Shown here piece after piece: positions 1 to 9,653 of a stretch of 64,000 nt of DNA. Origin of the DNA: Methylotenera sp. (GTDB lineage: Bacteria; Pseudomonadota; Gammaproteobacteria; Burkholderiales; Methylophilaceae). The DNA is taken from the NCBI GenBank assembly GCA_040401175.1, contig JBBAOU010000003.1, positions 9,389-73,388 on the forward strand. The letters run 5' to 3'. The translations under genes were made by a program, and so were the position numbers. How positions within the stretch are numbered: the stretch's first letter is position 1; each line of letters begins with the position of its first letter. The notes below the pieces were generated by a model. It saw only the letters and a list, made by a program, of their open reading frames with translations, ran no database searches and was not told the DNA's origin.

Positions 1-134
1 AGTAATATCGCTTTTACATTAATTGCATCTGGGTCGTAGGGTGCTATTAAAGGCGCAATTAATGCCAGAAATAGTATGCCTGCAATAATAACGAAGCCAA
101 TTAATGCTAATGGATTATGTAAGACTTTATTCAT
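1..134 (-). CDS. Peptide ABC transporter permease (OppC/DppC-like), N-terminal part; runs off the window start
   Basis: Manual translation from ATG at 134, which overlaps the upstream permease stop (ATGA): MNKVLHNPLALIGFVIIAGILFLALIAPLIAPYDPDAINVKAIL. The APYDP motif is typical of the OppC/DppC N-terminus. Confidence 0.85.
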   Translation of the reverse strand, partial: MNKVLHNPLALIGFVIIAGILFLALIAPLIAPYDPDAINVKAIL

Positions 135-1150
135 TGCATTACTCCGCGTCTTACCCTTGGGTCTGCCCAAGCATAAGAAAGGTCTGCCAATAAGTTACCG
201 ATTAATGTGAGGACTGAACCTATCGTTAAAATACCCATAATGACTGGAAAATCACGCATTAAAACTGCATCGTAAAACAATTTACCCATGCCCGGAATCG
301 CAAAAATACTTTCGGCGATGACCGATCCGCCAATTAAACCAGGAATGCTTAAGCCAAAGATTGTGATTAGCGGCAGTAGGGCATTGCGTAACGCATGGCC
401 ATAAACCACACGGTTTTCTTTTAGACCTTTAGCGCGTGCAGTAGTAATGTAATCTTGATGTAATACTTCTAGCATACCGTTACGTACGAATAAAGAAATG
501 CCAGCGAGACCAGTTAGCCCAGAAATAAATACTGGCAAGACCAAATGTTTCAGGGTATCTATCGTTCGGTAGAACCAAGTCAGATGCTCATGCCCCATGC
601 TTTCTAAACCTGAAATTGGTAGCCAAGCATGTTGCACGCCGGTCCAGTACATCAGCATGAGTGCTAGCCAAAAGCCAGGGATGGCAAAACTTATAAATAC
701 AAATAAAGTAATGCCACGGTCAGCTAATTGATTTTGTTTAAGCGCCGAAATGACACCCAAAGGTAATGCGACAGCAATGATTAATATTAAACTTAAAACA
801 TTAATGAGCAGGGTGATTGGCAATGCTTCTTGTATCATGCCTAAAGTAATGTTGCCGTCTTTATCTTTAGTTTGCCAGAATACTGGGCGCTGGTGTGATG
901 CAAATGAAGTGCCAAAATCTAAGGTTGCCATACGCTTTACCCATAAGCCATATTGCACAATGACTGGTTTATCTAAGCTATATAACTCACGTAATTTTTG
1001 TCTAGATTCTTCACTGGCTTTAGGATTAAAGCTCGCTTCACTAGTGGTGATGTCACCCGGTGCTAAGTGCATAATGAGAAATGAAATTAGACTAATACCT
1101 ATGATTAAAGGAATCATCCAAAAAAATCGTTTAAGTAAGTATTTAAGCAT
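131..1150 (-). CDS. Peptide/nickel ABC transporter permease (OppB/DppB/AppB family)
   Basis: 339 aa. N-terminal MLKYLLKR, EAA loop (TARAKGL..RVVYGHALRNAL) and C-terminal DPRVR. Confidence 0.93.
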   Translation of the reverse strand: MLKYLLKRFFWMIPLIIGISLISFLIMHLAPGDITTSEASFNPKASEESRQKLRELYSLDKPVIVQYGLWVKRMATLDFGTSFASHQRPVFWQTKDKDGNITLGMIQEALPITLLINVLSLILIIAVALPLGVISALKQNQLADRGITLFVFISFAIPGFWLALMLMYWTGVQHAWLPISGLESMGHEHLTWFYRTIDTLKHLVLPVFISGLTGLAGISLFVRNGMLEVLHQDYITTARAKGLKENRVVYGHALRNALLPLITIFGLSIPGLIGGSVIAESIFAIPGMGKLFYDAVLMRDFPVIMGILTIGSVLTLIGNLLADLSYAWADPRVRRGVMQ

Positions 1151-1208
1151 GGGTTTAAATGGGCTTATGTAATTGCTTAGATGGTTGCTTGTAAAGATAA
1201 GTCATGGC

Positions 1209-2882
1209 TCAATGCTCACTCATTTCCGTGCGAGCGTAAGCGTTAGGAATATTCCACTCATAAGTGTTATGCCCTATACCGGCTGGTGGCGCAGGCTCGC
1301 TGATGCCTCTTACGCGCTTATGAATAGCCGATAAACCATAGCCTGCTGAGAGAAATACGATAGGACTATCTTCTAGTAATATTTTAGAAAATTCATGATA
1401 GATGACCATACGTTTTTCTGGATTAAGCTCCAGTCTGCCCGCTTCTAATAGTTTGTCTACACGTGGATTGCTATAGCTAATAAAGTTAAATTGGCCAGGA
1501 GCTTGTTGGCTAGAATGCCAAATGCTGTATTGATCAGGGTCCAATGATAAGCTCCAGCCTAGCACAACCACATCAAAATCTTTAGGCTTGATGAATCGTC
1601 CTAAAAAGCTCGCCCATTCTAAGACGCGAATATTAGCATTAATGCCGACATCCTTAAGCCGACGCTGTATTAAAACGCCAGTCATTTCTCGCTCTTTGTT
1701 TTGATTAGTTAAAATTTCAAAACTAAGGGGTTTGCCGGCTTTATCAATAATGCCATCACCGTCATGATCTTCATAGCCAGCAGCTTTTAATAGGGCTTTG
1801 GCTTTGTTCGGGTCGTAAGGATATGGTTTAAGTGCAGGATTACTCCAACGTGTACCCGGCTTATAAGGTGAAGCTACCGGTTCGCCAAGACCTAATAATA
1901 CGCCGTCGATAATCTCTTGCTTATTGATGGCATAGTTAATGGCTTGCCGAACACGAATATCATCAAATGGTTTGCGTTTTAAGTTAAAACCTAAATAGGT
2001 ATAACTGTTACCTAATTCTTTATACAATGCGATATTTTTATTCAGGTCTGGTCTAGCGGGGAAAATCCTTGCGTATTGGATAGGGTTGAGTCCCATAGAA
2101 TCAATATTGTCTGCACTCAGTTCTAAAAACTGTGCTGCTTTATCTGGGATGATACGCGACAATAAATGGTCAATTTTAGCTTGGCCTTGAGTTGCGTTAT
2201 CATTGCGTGTGAGTTTTAGATACTGGCCATTTTTCCAGCTATCTAGCTTGTAATAGTGGCTTCCGACTGGATGACGCGCAAATGCCGTGGTATTAATATC
2301 CTGATTTTTAAGCAAGTGCTTAGGCAGAATGTGCAAACCGGCCCATGTATCCAAGGCTGGCGCATAGGGTGCAGCATAGGTGACGCGGAAAGTGTTGGTG
2401 TCTGGTGTTTCAGCTTTGGTGACTAATTTAAAATCAGAACCATAAGGGGTGCGTGTTTTTTCATCAGTGACTTTTTGCCAGGTAAATAAGACGTCATCGC
2501 TGCTTAAATCATGGTTATCAGCCCATTTAAGATTCGGTTTTAAATGAAAGGTAATGGTTTTTTGATCGCTGGAAATTTCCCAAGACTGGGCTAATTCACC
2601 GGTTAAATCTAAATTCTTATCATATTTTAGCAAGCTATTGAAGATATTGCCGGCAATTGTAGAAGCGGCAGATTCACCTGCAATCATGGCGATTAAGCCA
2701 CTAGGTTCGCCTGTCATTGCATCGATCAAAGTACCGCCATTGGTTGATGGGTAAGTCTTGCTGTAATCGATATTAGCTAAGGACTGATTACTTGATGAAT
2801 TGCCACAAGCTACAATAAATAGTGAAACTAACGTAATGAACGCCATTTTTTTAAAATTATATGGATGTGTTTTATTCAACAT
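1209..2882 (-). CDS. Peptide ABC transporter substrate-binding lipoprotein (family 5, AppA/OppA-like)
   Basis: 557 aa. Lipobox IVAC, GELAQSWE, FHLKPNLKWAD and DDIRVRQAINYAINK family-5 motifs. The start may be at 2846. Confidence 0.92.
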   Translation of the reverse strand: MLNKTHPYNFKKMAFITLVSLFIVACGNSSSNQSLANIDYSKTYPSTNGGTLIDAMTGEPSGLIAMIAGESAASTIAGNIFNSLLKYDKNLDLTGELAQSWEISSDQKTITFHLKPNLKWADNHDLSSDDVLFTWQKVTDEKTRTPYGSDFKLVTKAETPDTNTFRVTYAAPYAPALDTWAGLHILPKHLLKNQDINTTAFARHPVGSHYYKLDSWKNGQYLKLTRNDNATQGQAKIDHLLSRIIPDKAAQFLELSADNIDSMGLNPIQYARIFPARPDLNKNIALYKELGNSYTYLGFNLKRKPFDDIRVRQAINYAINKQEIIDGVLLGLGEPVASPYKPGTRWSNPALKPYPYDPNKAKALLKAAGYEDHDGDGIIDKAGKPLSFEILTNQNKEREMTGVLIQRRLKDVGINANIRVLEWASFLGRFIKPKDFDVVVLGWSLSLDPDQYSIWHSSQQAPGQFNFISYSNPRVDKLLEAGRLELNPEKRMVIYHEFSKILLEDSPIVFLSAGYGLSAIHKRVRGISEPAPPAGIGHNTYEWNIPNAYARTEMSEH

Positions 2883-2901
2883 TATTTATTTCTTCTGAAT
2901 C

Positions 2902-4737
2902 TTATTTGTGCTTCTTATGCTTGGCCGAGGATGATTTTTCGCTAGCTTTGTTTTTAACATTTGATTTAGTCTTAATATGACTAGCTTTAGTCGTTTTAGT
3001 TTGAGCGCTTTTGTTTTCAGACTTATTTTTAGGTTGGCTTTCAGCGGCTTTATCTGCTTCATTAGCTAAAGTTATATTTAGCACTTGACCAACGTTAACT
3101 TGACTTCTTTTTAAATTATTTATCAGGATGATTTGTTTAGTGCTCACATCATAATGTTTAGCAATGGATAACATGGTCTCACCTTTTTTTACCTTGTGTG
3201 TGACGCTTTGTTGTTTTGTAGGTTCAATCTCAGCTTTATTTTTTTCTGCTGAACTACTTACATTGTTTTCCGCACTAGATAAATCAATATTGTCTGAATC
3301 CTGCTTAGTGCTTAGATTGTGGTTAGCTTCAATAGCTGAATCAGTTGATGAATCTCTAGCGTTAGATTCGCTGGAAGCATTAAAGTCATTGGTATTGCCA
3401 TTCGGCACTAAAATGGCACCAGCATTTTTAATTTTATTTTGTACAAGCAAATTGTTTACGTTACGTAGTTTGTTCAATTGAATACCAAATTTAGACGCAA
3501 TACTTTCCAGACGTTCACCACGTTTGGCAATGTAGGTGCGCCAGCTGACTAGCGGTTTATCGTAAGTGGCTAAGTTGTTTCTGAAAGTTTGTGCTGATAA
3601 AATAGGTAGCAATAGCTCATGTTTTTCACCACTACTCGTAATAACTGGTCTTTTGTAACTAGGATTGAGCGCTAGAAATTCATCATCACTAATTTCAGCA
3701 AGCTTCGCCGCGAGATGTGCATCAATCTGAATCGGCGCCGAAACTCTTGCAAAATAAGGTGTGTTGGCGATGGTTTGAATTTTAAGGCCGTAATCGCCAG
3801 GGTTAGTCATTAAGTTCTTAATTGCCTGTAATTTTGGCACATAATTTTTAGTTTCAGGCGGCAAGTTTAAGCTTTCATAATCAGTTGGTAAGCCTAATTT
3901 TTTATTGCGTTCAATCGCACGACCAACCGTGCCTTCTCCTGCATTATAGGCTGCTAGCGCTAAATCCCAAGAACCGAACATGCCATAAAGCTTTTGTAAA
4001 TAATTAAGCGCAGCATCAGTCGCAAACATAATATTGCGTCTGTTATCTACCCACCAATTTTGTTTGAGGCCAAAATGTTTCCCTGTTGACGGAATGAATT
4101 GCCAGATACCTGAGGCGCTTCCCGTCGAATAAGCTTGTGGATTGTAGGCACTTTCTATCATAGGTAGTAAGGCAATCTCTGTAGGCATGCCACGTTTTTC
4201 TACTTCTTCCACAATATGAAATAGATATTTTTGACTGCGCTCTACCATACGTTTGATATAGTCTGGGCGAGATCTATACCAATCTTCGTGCTTGGTTACT
4301 AGTGGAGACGTAGAGTCAGGGATGTCGTAGCCATCTTTAATGCGCTGCCATAAATCATCGTTACCGAGTGTAATAATATCTTGCTGATCATTTATGGCGT
4401 TGGGCTGCTGAGTGCTTAATGTGTAAGGGGGTTTTCCTCGTACTGGCTTAGTTATGCCTACATTTTCATTGTTGGTATCTTTGTTGGCATCTTTACTATT
4501 AAGATCTTTTGTACTATTTTTCGATGCATCATCAGGGTAAATAATAATTTCTACGCCTGCTACATTAGATTCTGCAATCGCCAGACTGCTCATCAGCGAT
4601 GCAGTCGCAATTATTCCGGCAAGAATGACCGCTAAAGTTAGTCTCGAAGAAGTGTTTGAAAGGCGGCTTGTAAATAGACAGTTGCGTAGTGGAAGTAAGT
4701 GCAGCATGAAACGCTCGTAGTCAAAATGTTGCAGCAT
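2902..4737 (-). CDS. mltD: Membrane-bound lytic murein transglycosylase D (SLT domain plus LysM repeats)
   Basis: SLT motifs (LLPMIESAYNP, GIWQF, AAYNAGEG, ETKNYVPK), two LysM repeats and a Lys-rich tail. Sits next to gloB as in other proteobacteria. Exact start uncertain. Confidence 0.9.
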   Translation of the reverse strand: MLQHFDYERFMLHLLPLRNCLFTSRLSNTSSRLTLAVILAGIIATASLMSSLAIAESNVAGVEIIIYPDDASKNSTKDLNSKDANKDTNNENVGITKPVRGKPPYTLSTQQPNAINDQQDIITLGNDDLWQRIKDGYDIPDSTSPLVTKHEDWYRSRPDYIKRMVERSQKYLFHIVEEVEKRGMPTEIALLPMIESAYNPQAYSTGSASGIWQFIPSTGKHFGLKQNWWVDNRRNIMFATDAALNYLQKLYGMFGSWDLALAAYNAGEGTVGRAIERNKKLGLPTDYESLNLPPETKNYVPKLQAIKNLMTNPGDYGLKIQTIANTPYFARVSAPIQIDAHLAAKLAEISDDEFLALNPSYKRPVITSSGEKHELLLPILSAQTFRNNLATYDKPLVSWRTYIAKRGERLESIASKFGIQLNKLRNVNNLLVQNKIKNAGAILVPNGNTNDFNASSESNARDSSTDSAIEANHNLSTKQDSDNIDLSSAENNVSSSAEKNKAEIEPTKQQSVTHKVKKGETMLSIAKHYDVSTKQIILINNLKRSQVNVGQVLNITLANEADKAAESQPKNKSENKSAQTKTTKASHIKTKSNVKNKASEKSSSAKHKKHK

Positions 4738-4813
4738 TTTAGCTAAAATAGGCGTTTAGAGTCAAGTGAAATATAATTAAAAACAGTATTATAAGTATGC
4801 GCTATGTTTATGA

Positions 4814-5614
4814 TTAATAATGGTTTCTTAGTTCTCTAATGGCAGAGAAAGTCTCTAAATAACTGGCGTTTAATAGCCTCAAAGATGATTTTATTTCTGA
4901 GCTGTTGCAACGCAGAAATGGATTGGTAGCAAGCTCTAAAGAGATACTCGAAGGTAAGCTAGGTTGCTGCGCATTTCTCAATTTAACGGTTTCGCCAAAA
5001 CGCTCAATCAGCGCCTGGTTATTCGGCTCTAAACTTAAGGCGAAGTTTATATTGTGTAAAGTGTATTCGTGCGTGCAATAGACCTTGGTATTGGCTGGCA
5101 GCGTTACAAGTTTGTTTAATGAATCAAGCATTTGTGTGGCGGTACCTTCAAATAATCTGCCGCAACCGGCGCCAAATAAGGTGTCTCCACAAAAGAGTAG
5201 GCCACTATCATTATTTATTTTGTTTTGCGACTCAAGTGGCCTTATATAATAAGCGACGTGACCAAGCGTGTGGCCAGGAACCTCTATCACTGTTGCTTGA
5301 ATATTAAAATCGGCTAATTCAATCACATCGGTTTCATTCACAGCGTTATGTCTAAATGCGTACTTCTCAAGCTTGGGTGCATGTACTTCAGCCTCTGTAA
5401 ATGCATCTAGTAGCGCTAAAACGCCATCAATATGGTCATGGTGATGATGTGTAATTAAAATAGTATGCAACTGTAAATTTAAGCGATTCAAAGTTTCCAG
5501 CACAGGTGCTGCATCACCAGGATCGACCACAATTGCGACTCTGCCATTATGGATTAGCCATATATAATTATCCTTGAACGCTGGAATGGGTATAATTTGT
5601 AATGTATCTTTCAT
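4814..5614 (-). CDS. gloB: Hydroxyacylglutathione hydrolase (glyoxalase II)
   Basis: THHHHDH metal motif, PGHTLGH, CGDTLF..GCGR and HEYT. ATG at 5614 preferred over the track's TTG at 5650. Confidence 0.95.
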   Translation of the reverse strand: MKDTLQIIPIPAFKDNYIWLIHNGRVAIVVDPGDAAPVLETLNRLNLQLHTILITHHHHDHIDGVLALLDAFTEAEVHAPKLEKYAFRHNAVNETDVIELADFNIQATVIEVPGHTLGHVAYYIRPLESQNKINNDSGLLFCGDTLFGAGCGRLFEGTATQMLDSLNKLVTLPANTKVYCTHEYTLHNINFALSLEPNNQALIERFGETVKLRNAQQPSLPSSISLELATNPFLRCNSSEIKSSLRLLNASYLETFSAIRELRNHY

Positions 5615-5694
5615 AACGCCTATGATTTGGTCTAGCGCTATAAAAGTCAATAGAGATTGAGATTAATAATGATTCAATTGTATTTGAAAGCCAG

Positions 5695-6474
5695 ATGAAT
5701 TCAGCACCTAAACTTGGGTATGATGAGGTTAGTCATGTCGATTTACGTCAGCAATGGTTTAATTCAACTGCGGGCAAATATTTGCAACTACAAGAACAGG
5801 CTTTGTATGATCAAGCCGTGTTTGATTTATTCGGCTTTAATGCAGTGCAAATGGGCTGCTTGCAAATGGATCTTTTGAGAAACTCGCGTATTCCACACCG
5901 TTTTAAAGCTTCTCATTGTGCAGAAACACCATTTAAAACAAATTTAAGTTGTTGTGATGATTTTTTGCCTTTCGCAGAAAATGGTTTAGATCTGTTGTTA
6001 TTACCACATTGCTTAGAATTTAGTGCACGCCCACATCAAACTTTACGCGAAGCAGCAAGGGTGATGATGCCAGAAGGCCATCTTATTATTTCAGGGTTCA
6101 ATCCTTTAAGCACTTGGGGTGCTACTGCTAAATTTAACAGACTGGTTTCTAAACATCAGACTTATCCTTGGAATGGCAAATTTATTGGTTTAGCCAGACT
6201 AAAAGATTGGTTAGCACTGATGGGTTTTGAAATTTTATCCGTCGATATGTGTTGTCATGTGCCACCATTTGAGCAGTCGGCATGGCAAAATCATGCGGCT
6301 TTTATGGATAAATTGGCTGCGCGTTGTTGTGCAATACTTGGCGGTGTGTATTTTATCGTGGCTAAAAAACGCGTAGTTGGAATGACGCCAATTAAACCTA
6401 ACTGGAAAGCTGCCACTTTGAGCCCAGCTTTAATTGCTAGGCCGACACAATCTAAACCTGCACAAAAGAAATAA
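5695..6474 (+). CDS. Class I SAM-dependent methyltransferase (YafS-like)
   Basis: LDLLLLPHCLEF..PHQTLREAARVMMPEG and GFNPLSTWG motifs. Conserved position between gloB and rnhA. Confidence 0.88.
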   Translation: MNSAPKLGYDEVSHVDLRQQWFNSTAGKYLQLQEQALYDQAVFDLFGFNAVQMGCLQMDLLRNSRIPHRFKASHCAETPFKTNLSCCDDFLPFAENGLDLLLLPHCLEFSARPHQTLREAARVMMPEGHLIISGFNPLSTWGATAKFNRLVSKHQTYPWNGKFIGLARLKDWLALMGFEILSVDMCCHVPPFEQSAWQNHAAFMDKLAARCCAILGGVYFIVAKKRVVGMTPIKPNWKAATLSPALIARPTQSKPAQKK

Positions 6475-6601
6475 ATTATGCTGATTTTAATTAAACTTGA
6501 TTAAACTTTGACTGCAGTAACTTTAGCCAGCTTAAATCTGCGGTCGCTGATGTTTGTAACTAAGCAAATAAGAACGAACATTAACAGTAACTATAAAATA
6601 A

Positions 6602-7075
6602 ATGACAATAAATAACATGAGTATTCACACTGAAGTTGAGATTTATGCCGATGGTGCCTGTAAAGGCAATCCTGGTCCGGGCGGTTGGGGCGCTTGGATT
6701 AGTTACGATGGTCATGAAAAAGAGTTGTTTGGTGGTGAAATATTGACGACCAATAATCGTATGGAACTCACTGCGGTGATTCGAGCATTAGAGGCATTAA
6801 AACGCACTTGCCACGCCAAGGTATTTACAGATTCAGTGTATGTGCAAAAGGGTATGACTGAATGGATAACTGGTTGGAAGGCTAGAAATTGGCGTACTGC
6901 TGATAAAAAACCAGTTAAAAATGATGATTTGTGGCGAGTCTTAGAAGTATTAGCCCAGCAACATACTGTGCAATGGGTTTGGGTGAAAGGGCACACTGGT
7001 AATGTAGGCAATGAGCGGGCGGATATGCTGGCTAATAAAGGCGTAGATCAAGTGTTACAAGGAAACGGTAAATAA
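6602..7075 (+). CDS. rnhA: Ribonuclease HI
   Basis: [33 protein letters not shown] and WVKGH..NERAD. Confidence 0.97.
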   Translation: MTINNMSIHTEVEIYADGACKGNPGPGGWGAWISYDGHEKELFGGEILTTNNRMELTAVIRALEALKRTCHAKVFTDSVYVQKGMTEWITGWKARNWRTADKKPVKNDDLWRVLEVLAQQHTVQWVWVKGHTGNVGNERADMLANKGVDQVLQGNGK

Positions 7076-7914
7076 TGCGTCAAATATTTTTAGATACTGA
7101 AACTACAGGTTTATATCACGCTCAAGGTCATCGTGTGATTGAGATTGCCGCGGTCGAGATGATTAATCGCCGACCGACTAAACAACATTTTCATTATTAC
7201 TTAAATCCGGATCGTGAAATTGATCAAGGTGCCCAAGAAGTACATGGTATTTCGCTGGAATTTTTACAAGATAAGCCACGCTTTGCTGATATTGCTAATG
7301 AGTTGATTGCATTTATTGCAGATGCAGAACTGATTATGCATAACGCTCCGTTTGATGTGGGATTTTTGAATCGCGAACTGGGCTTAATCGATCAACAACC
7401 AGTGGAAAACATTGCTGCAAAAATTACCGACACGCTGAAAATTGCTAAAGAAATGCGCCCAGGTCAGAGGAATAGTTTAGATGCGCTTTGTCGACACTTT
7501 GGTATAGATAACTCACGACGCACTCTGCATGGTGCGCTACTAGATGCTGAGTTGTTGGCCGAAGTGTATATGGCGATGACACGCGGCCAAAATAGCTTGA
7601 TGATGGAGCTGGATAAACCTAATCAAAATATTATTAACGTAGCATCGCAGATGTCTCAGCCGCTATTTATTAAACTGGCTAACGAGGCTGAAATATCTGC
7701 ACATGAATCTTACTTAGCTGGGCTGGCAAAGTCTGGTAATTGTTTATGGAATATACTTGAATCAGTGGCGGCTGTGGAATTCCAAACTGTTGAGTTACCT
7801 GTCGTTGAATTGCCCATTGATGAGCTGCCAGTCGCTGAATTGGATGCTTTAGAACTGGACGCGTTTGAATTGGAAATAAGCAGAGAAAAATTAGGAAATG
7901 ATAATGACGAATAA
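7075..7914 (+). CDS. dnaQ: DNA polymerase III epsilon subunit with a 54-aa acidic repeat extension
   Basis: DTETTG (ExoI), HNAPFD (ExoII), HGALLDAE (ExoIII) and clamp-binding QNSLM. Extension follows W225. Confidence 0.96.
   Translation: MRQIFLDTETTGLYHAQGHRVIEIAAVEMINRRPTKQHFHYYLNPDREIDQGAQEVHGISLEFLQDKPRFADIANELIAFIADAELIMHNAPFDVGFLNRELGLIDQQPVENIAAKITDTLKIAKEMRPGQRNSLDALCRHFGIDNSRRTLHGALLDAELLAEVYMAMTRGQNSLMMELDKPNQNIINVASQMSQPLFIKLANEAEISAHESYLAGLAKSGNCLWNILESVAAVEFQTVELPVVELPIDELPVAELDALELDAFELEISREKLGNDNDE
7774..7878 (+). repeat. Seven degenerate 15-nt tandem units encoding x-E-L-x-x pentapeptides in the dnaQ tail
   Basis: GTGGAATTCCAAACT / GTTGAGTTACCTGTC / GTTGAATTGCCCATT / GATGAGCTGCCAGTC / GCTGAATTGGATGCT / TTAGAACTGGACGCG / TTTGAATTGGAAATA. 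Confidence 0.85.
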
Positions 7915-8992
7915 AACGATCATTGTGACTGGTGGCGCTGGCTTTATTGGGGCAAACTTTGTACTGGAATGGGTTAAGCAAGGTTTAGGGACTGTTGTTA
8001 ATGTAGATAAACTTACTTATGCTGGAAACTTGGAAAATCTGGTAACTTTACAGCATAATCCTGCCCATATTTTTGTACATGGTTATATTGGCGATCAAGC
8101 TTTATTAGCCAAATTGCTAGCAGAACATCAACCTGTTGCGATTGTAAATTTTGCTGCAGAAAGTCATGTAGACCGCTCTATACATGGCCCTGAAGACTTT
8201 ATTCAAACCAATGTTGTTGGCACTTTCCATTTGTTGGAAGCGGTGCGTGCATATTGGGCCAGCTTAGGCGAAACAGCGCAGAAGAACTTTCGTTTTTTAC
8301 ATGTTTCAACGGATGAAGTCTATGGATCACTGGCCAAGGATGATGCTGCATTTACTGAAACACATACTTACGCACCGAATAGTCCATATTCCGCGTCTAA
8401 GGCGGCTTCAGATCACTTGGTGCGCGCCTATCATCACACTTATGTTTTGCCTACGCTGACCACTAACTGCTCTAATAATTACGGTCCGCATCATTTCCCA
8501 GAAAAATTAATCCCACTGGTCATTCATAATGCGTTAACAGATAAACCCCTGCCAATTTACGGTACTGGCCACCAGATTCGCGATTGGCTGTATGTAGAAG
8601 ATCATTGTGCTGCAATTAGACGCGTATTAGAAGCCGGTAGGGTGGGTGATGTTTACAATATAGGTGGATGGAACGAAAAACCTAATATTGAGGTGGTAAA
8701 AACACTATGCAGAATGCTTGATATTAAAAAACCTCGTGTTGATGGCAAATCTTATTTGGATCAAATTACTTTTGTAGAAGATCGCTTAGGCCACGATCAG
8801 CGCTATGCGATAGACGCGTCTAAGATTGCAAAAGAGTTAGGCTGGAAGCCGAAAGAGACTTTTGAGTCAGGTATTGAAAAAACCGTTAATTGGTATTTGG
8901 AGCATCAAGATTGGGTGAATAATGTCACTAGCGGCGAATATCGCCACTGGGTAGCAAAGCATTATGCAGAAAGAGGCGAAGAGCTGGCCTGA
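7904..8992 (+). CDS. rfbB: dTDP-glucose 4,6-dehydratase (stand-alone)
   Basis: GGAGFIG, DKLTYAGN, FAAESHVDRSI, VSTDEVYG, YSASKA and NNYGP..PEKLIP. ATG at 7904 is better spaced from the AGGA than 7898. Confidence 0.95.
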   Translation: MTNKTIIVTGGAGFIGANFVLEWVKQGLGTVVNVDKLTYAGNLENLVTLQHNPAHIFVHGYIGDQALLAKLLAEHQPVAIVNFAAESHVDRSIHGPEDFIQTNVVGTFHLLEAVRAYWASLGETAQKNFRFLHVSTDEVYGSLAKDDAAFTETHTYAPNSPYSASKAASDHLVRAYHHTYVLPTLTTNCSNNYGPHHFPEKLIPLVIHNALTDKPLPIYGTGHQIRDWLYVEDHCAAIRRVLEAGRVGDVYNIGGWNEKPNIEVVKTLCRMLDIKKPRVDGKSYLDQITFVEDRLGHDQRYAIDASKIAKELGWKPKETFESGIEKTVNWYLEHQDWVNNVTSGEYRHWVAKHYAERGEELA

Positions 8993-9055
8993 TTGCGGCT
9001 GGTTGAATCAAAGGCCGTTAAATTAACAGCAGTTGTATTAAATGACTCAGCTAAT

Positions 9056-9496
9056 TCAACTTAAGGCATCAGCCCAGTTATTAGGCGTTTCATATAAGCG
9101 TACTTTCTCTAACTTTAGGTGATTACCGTAGGTGTCGTGATATTTACTTTTTAGTATTTTAAACGCTTCGCTGGCCATATTTTCTGCAGTTGGCACACTA
9201 GGGAATATCACTGTTTTATGGTCTGTTAGAGTATTTAAAAAGTTAAGTACATCTGTATCATTTTTATATACCAAAAAGGCATGGTCCCAAACCTCGACAA
9301 TCGCGGTTTTAGCGATGGATTTTACGTCTGAAAAATCCATCACCATGCCGTTTTCTGAAGCATCTTCAAGTTTGATGATGTCACCAGAAAGTGTGATTTC
9401 CATTGCATAACGATGACCATGTAAATTTCTACATTGACTTTTATGGCTGGGAATGCGATGTCCAGCATCAAATTCAAGGCGAGTGGTAATTTGCAT
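9056..9496 (-). CDS. queD: 6-carboxy-5,6,7,8-tetrahydropterin synthase
   Basis: FDAGHRI, CRNLHGHRY, DHAFL, PTAEN and LYETP motifs. Confidence 0.93.
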   Translation of the reverse strand: MQITTRLEFDAGHRIPSHKSQCRNLHGHRYAMEITLSGDIIKLEDASENGMVMDFSDVKSIAKTAIVEVWDHAFLVYKNDTDVLNFLNTLTDHKTVIFPSVPTAENMASEAFKILKSKYHDTYGNHLKLEKVRLYETPNNWADALS

Positions 9497-9653
9497 GTAA
9501 ATCACTTAATGTAATGGAAAACTTAATAAGATTATACGCTGACTGGCCATAATTTGAAGCTAGTCAGGAATATTCATAATCTTGTTATCAAATTAAGTTA
9601 AGTTTTATCAGAAATTGTATGGGAAAAAAGTGTACGGAATAGTTTAAACAAGA

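Noticed and set aside
9497-9653. preQ1 riboswitch upstream of queD
   Set aside because: No preQ1-I stem with an A-rich tail was found; only a generic hairpin and a TATAAT are present.
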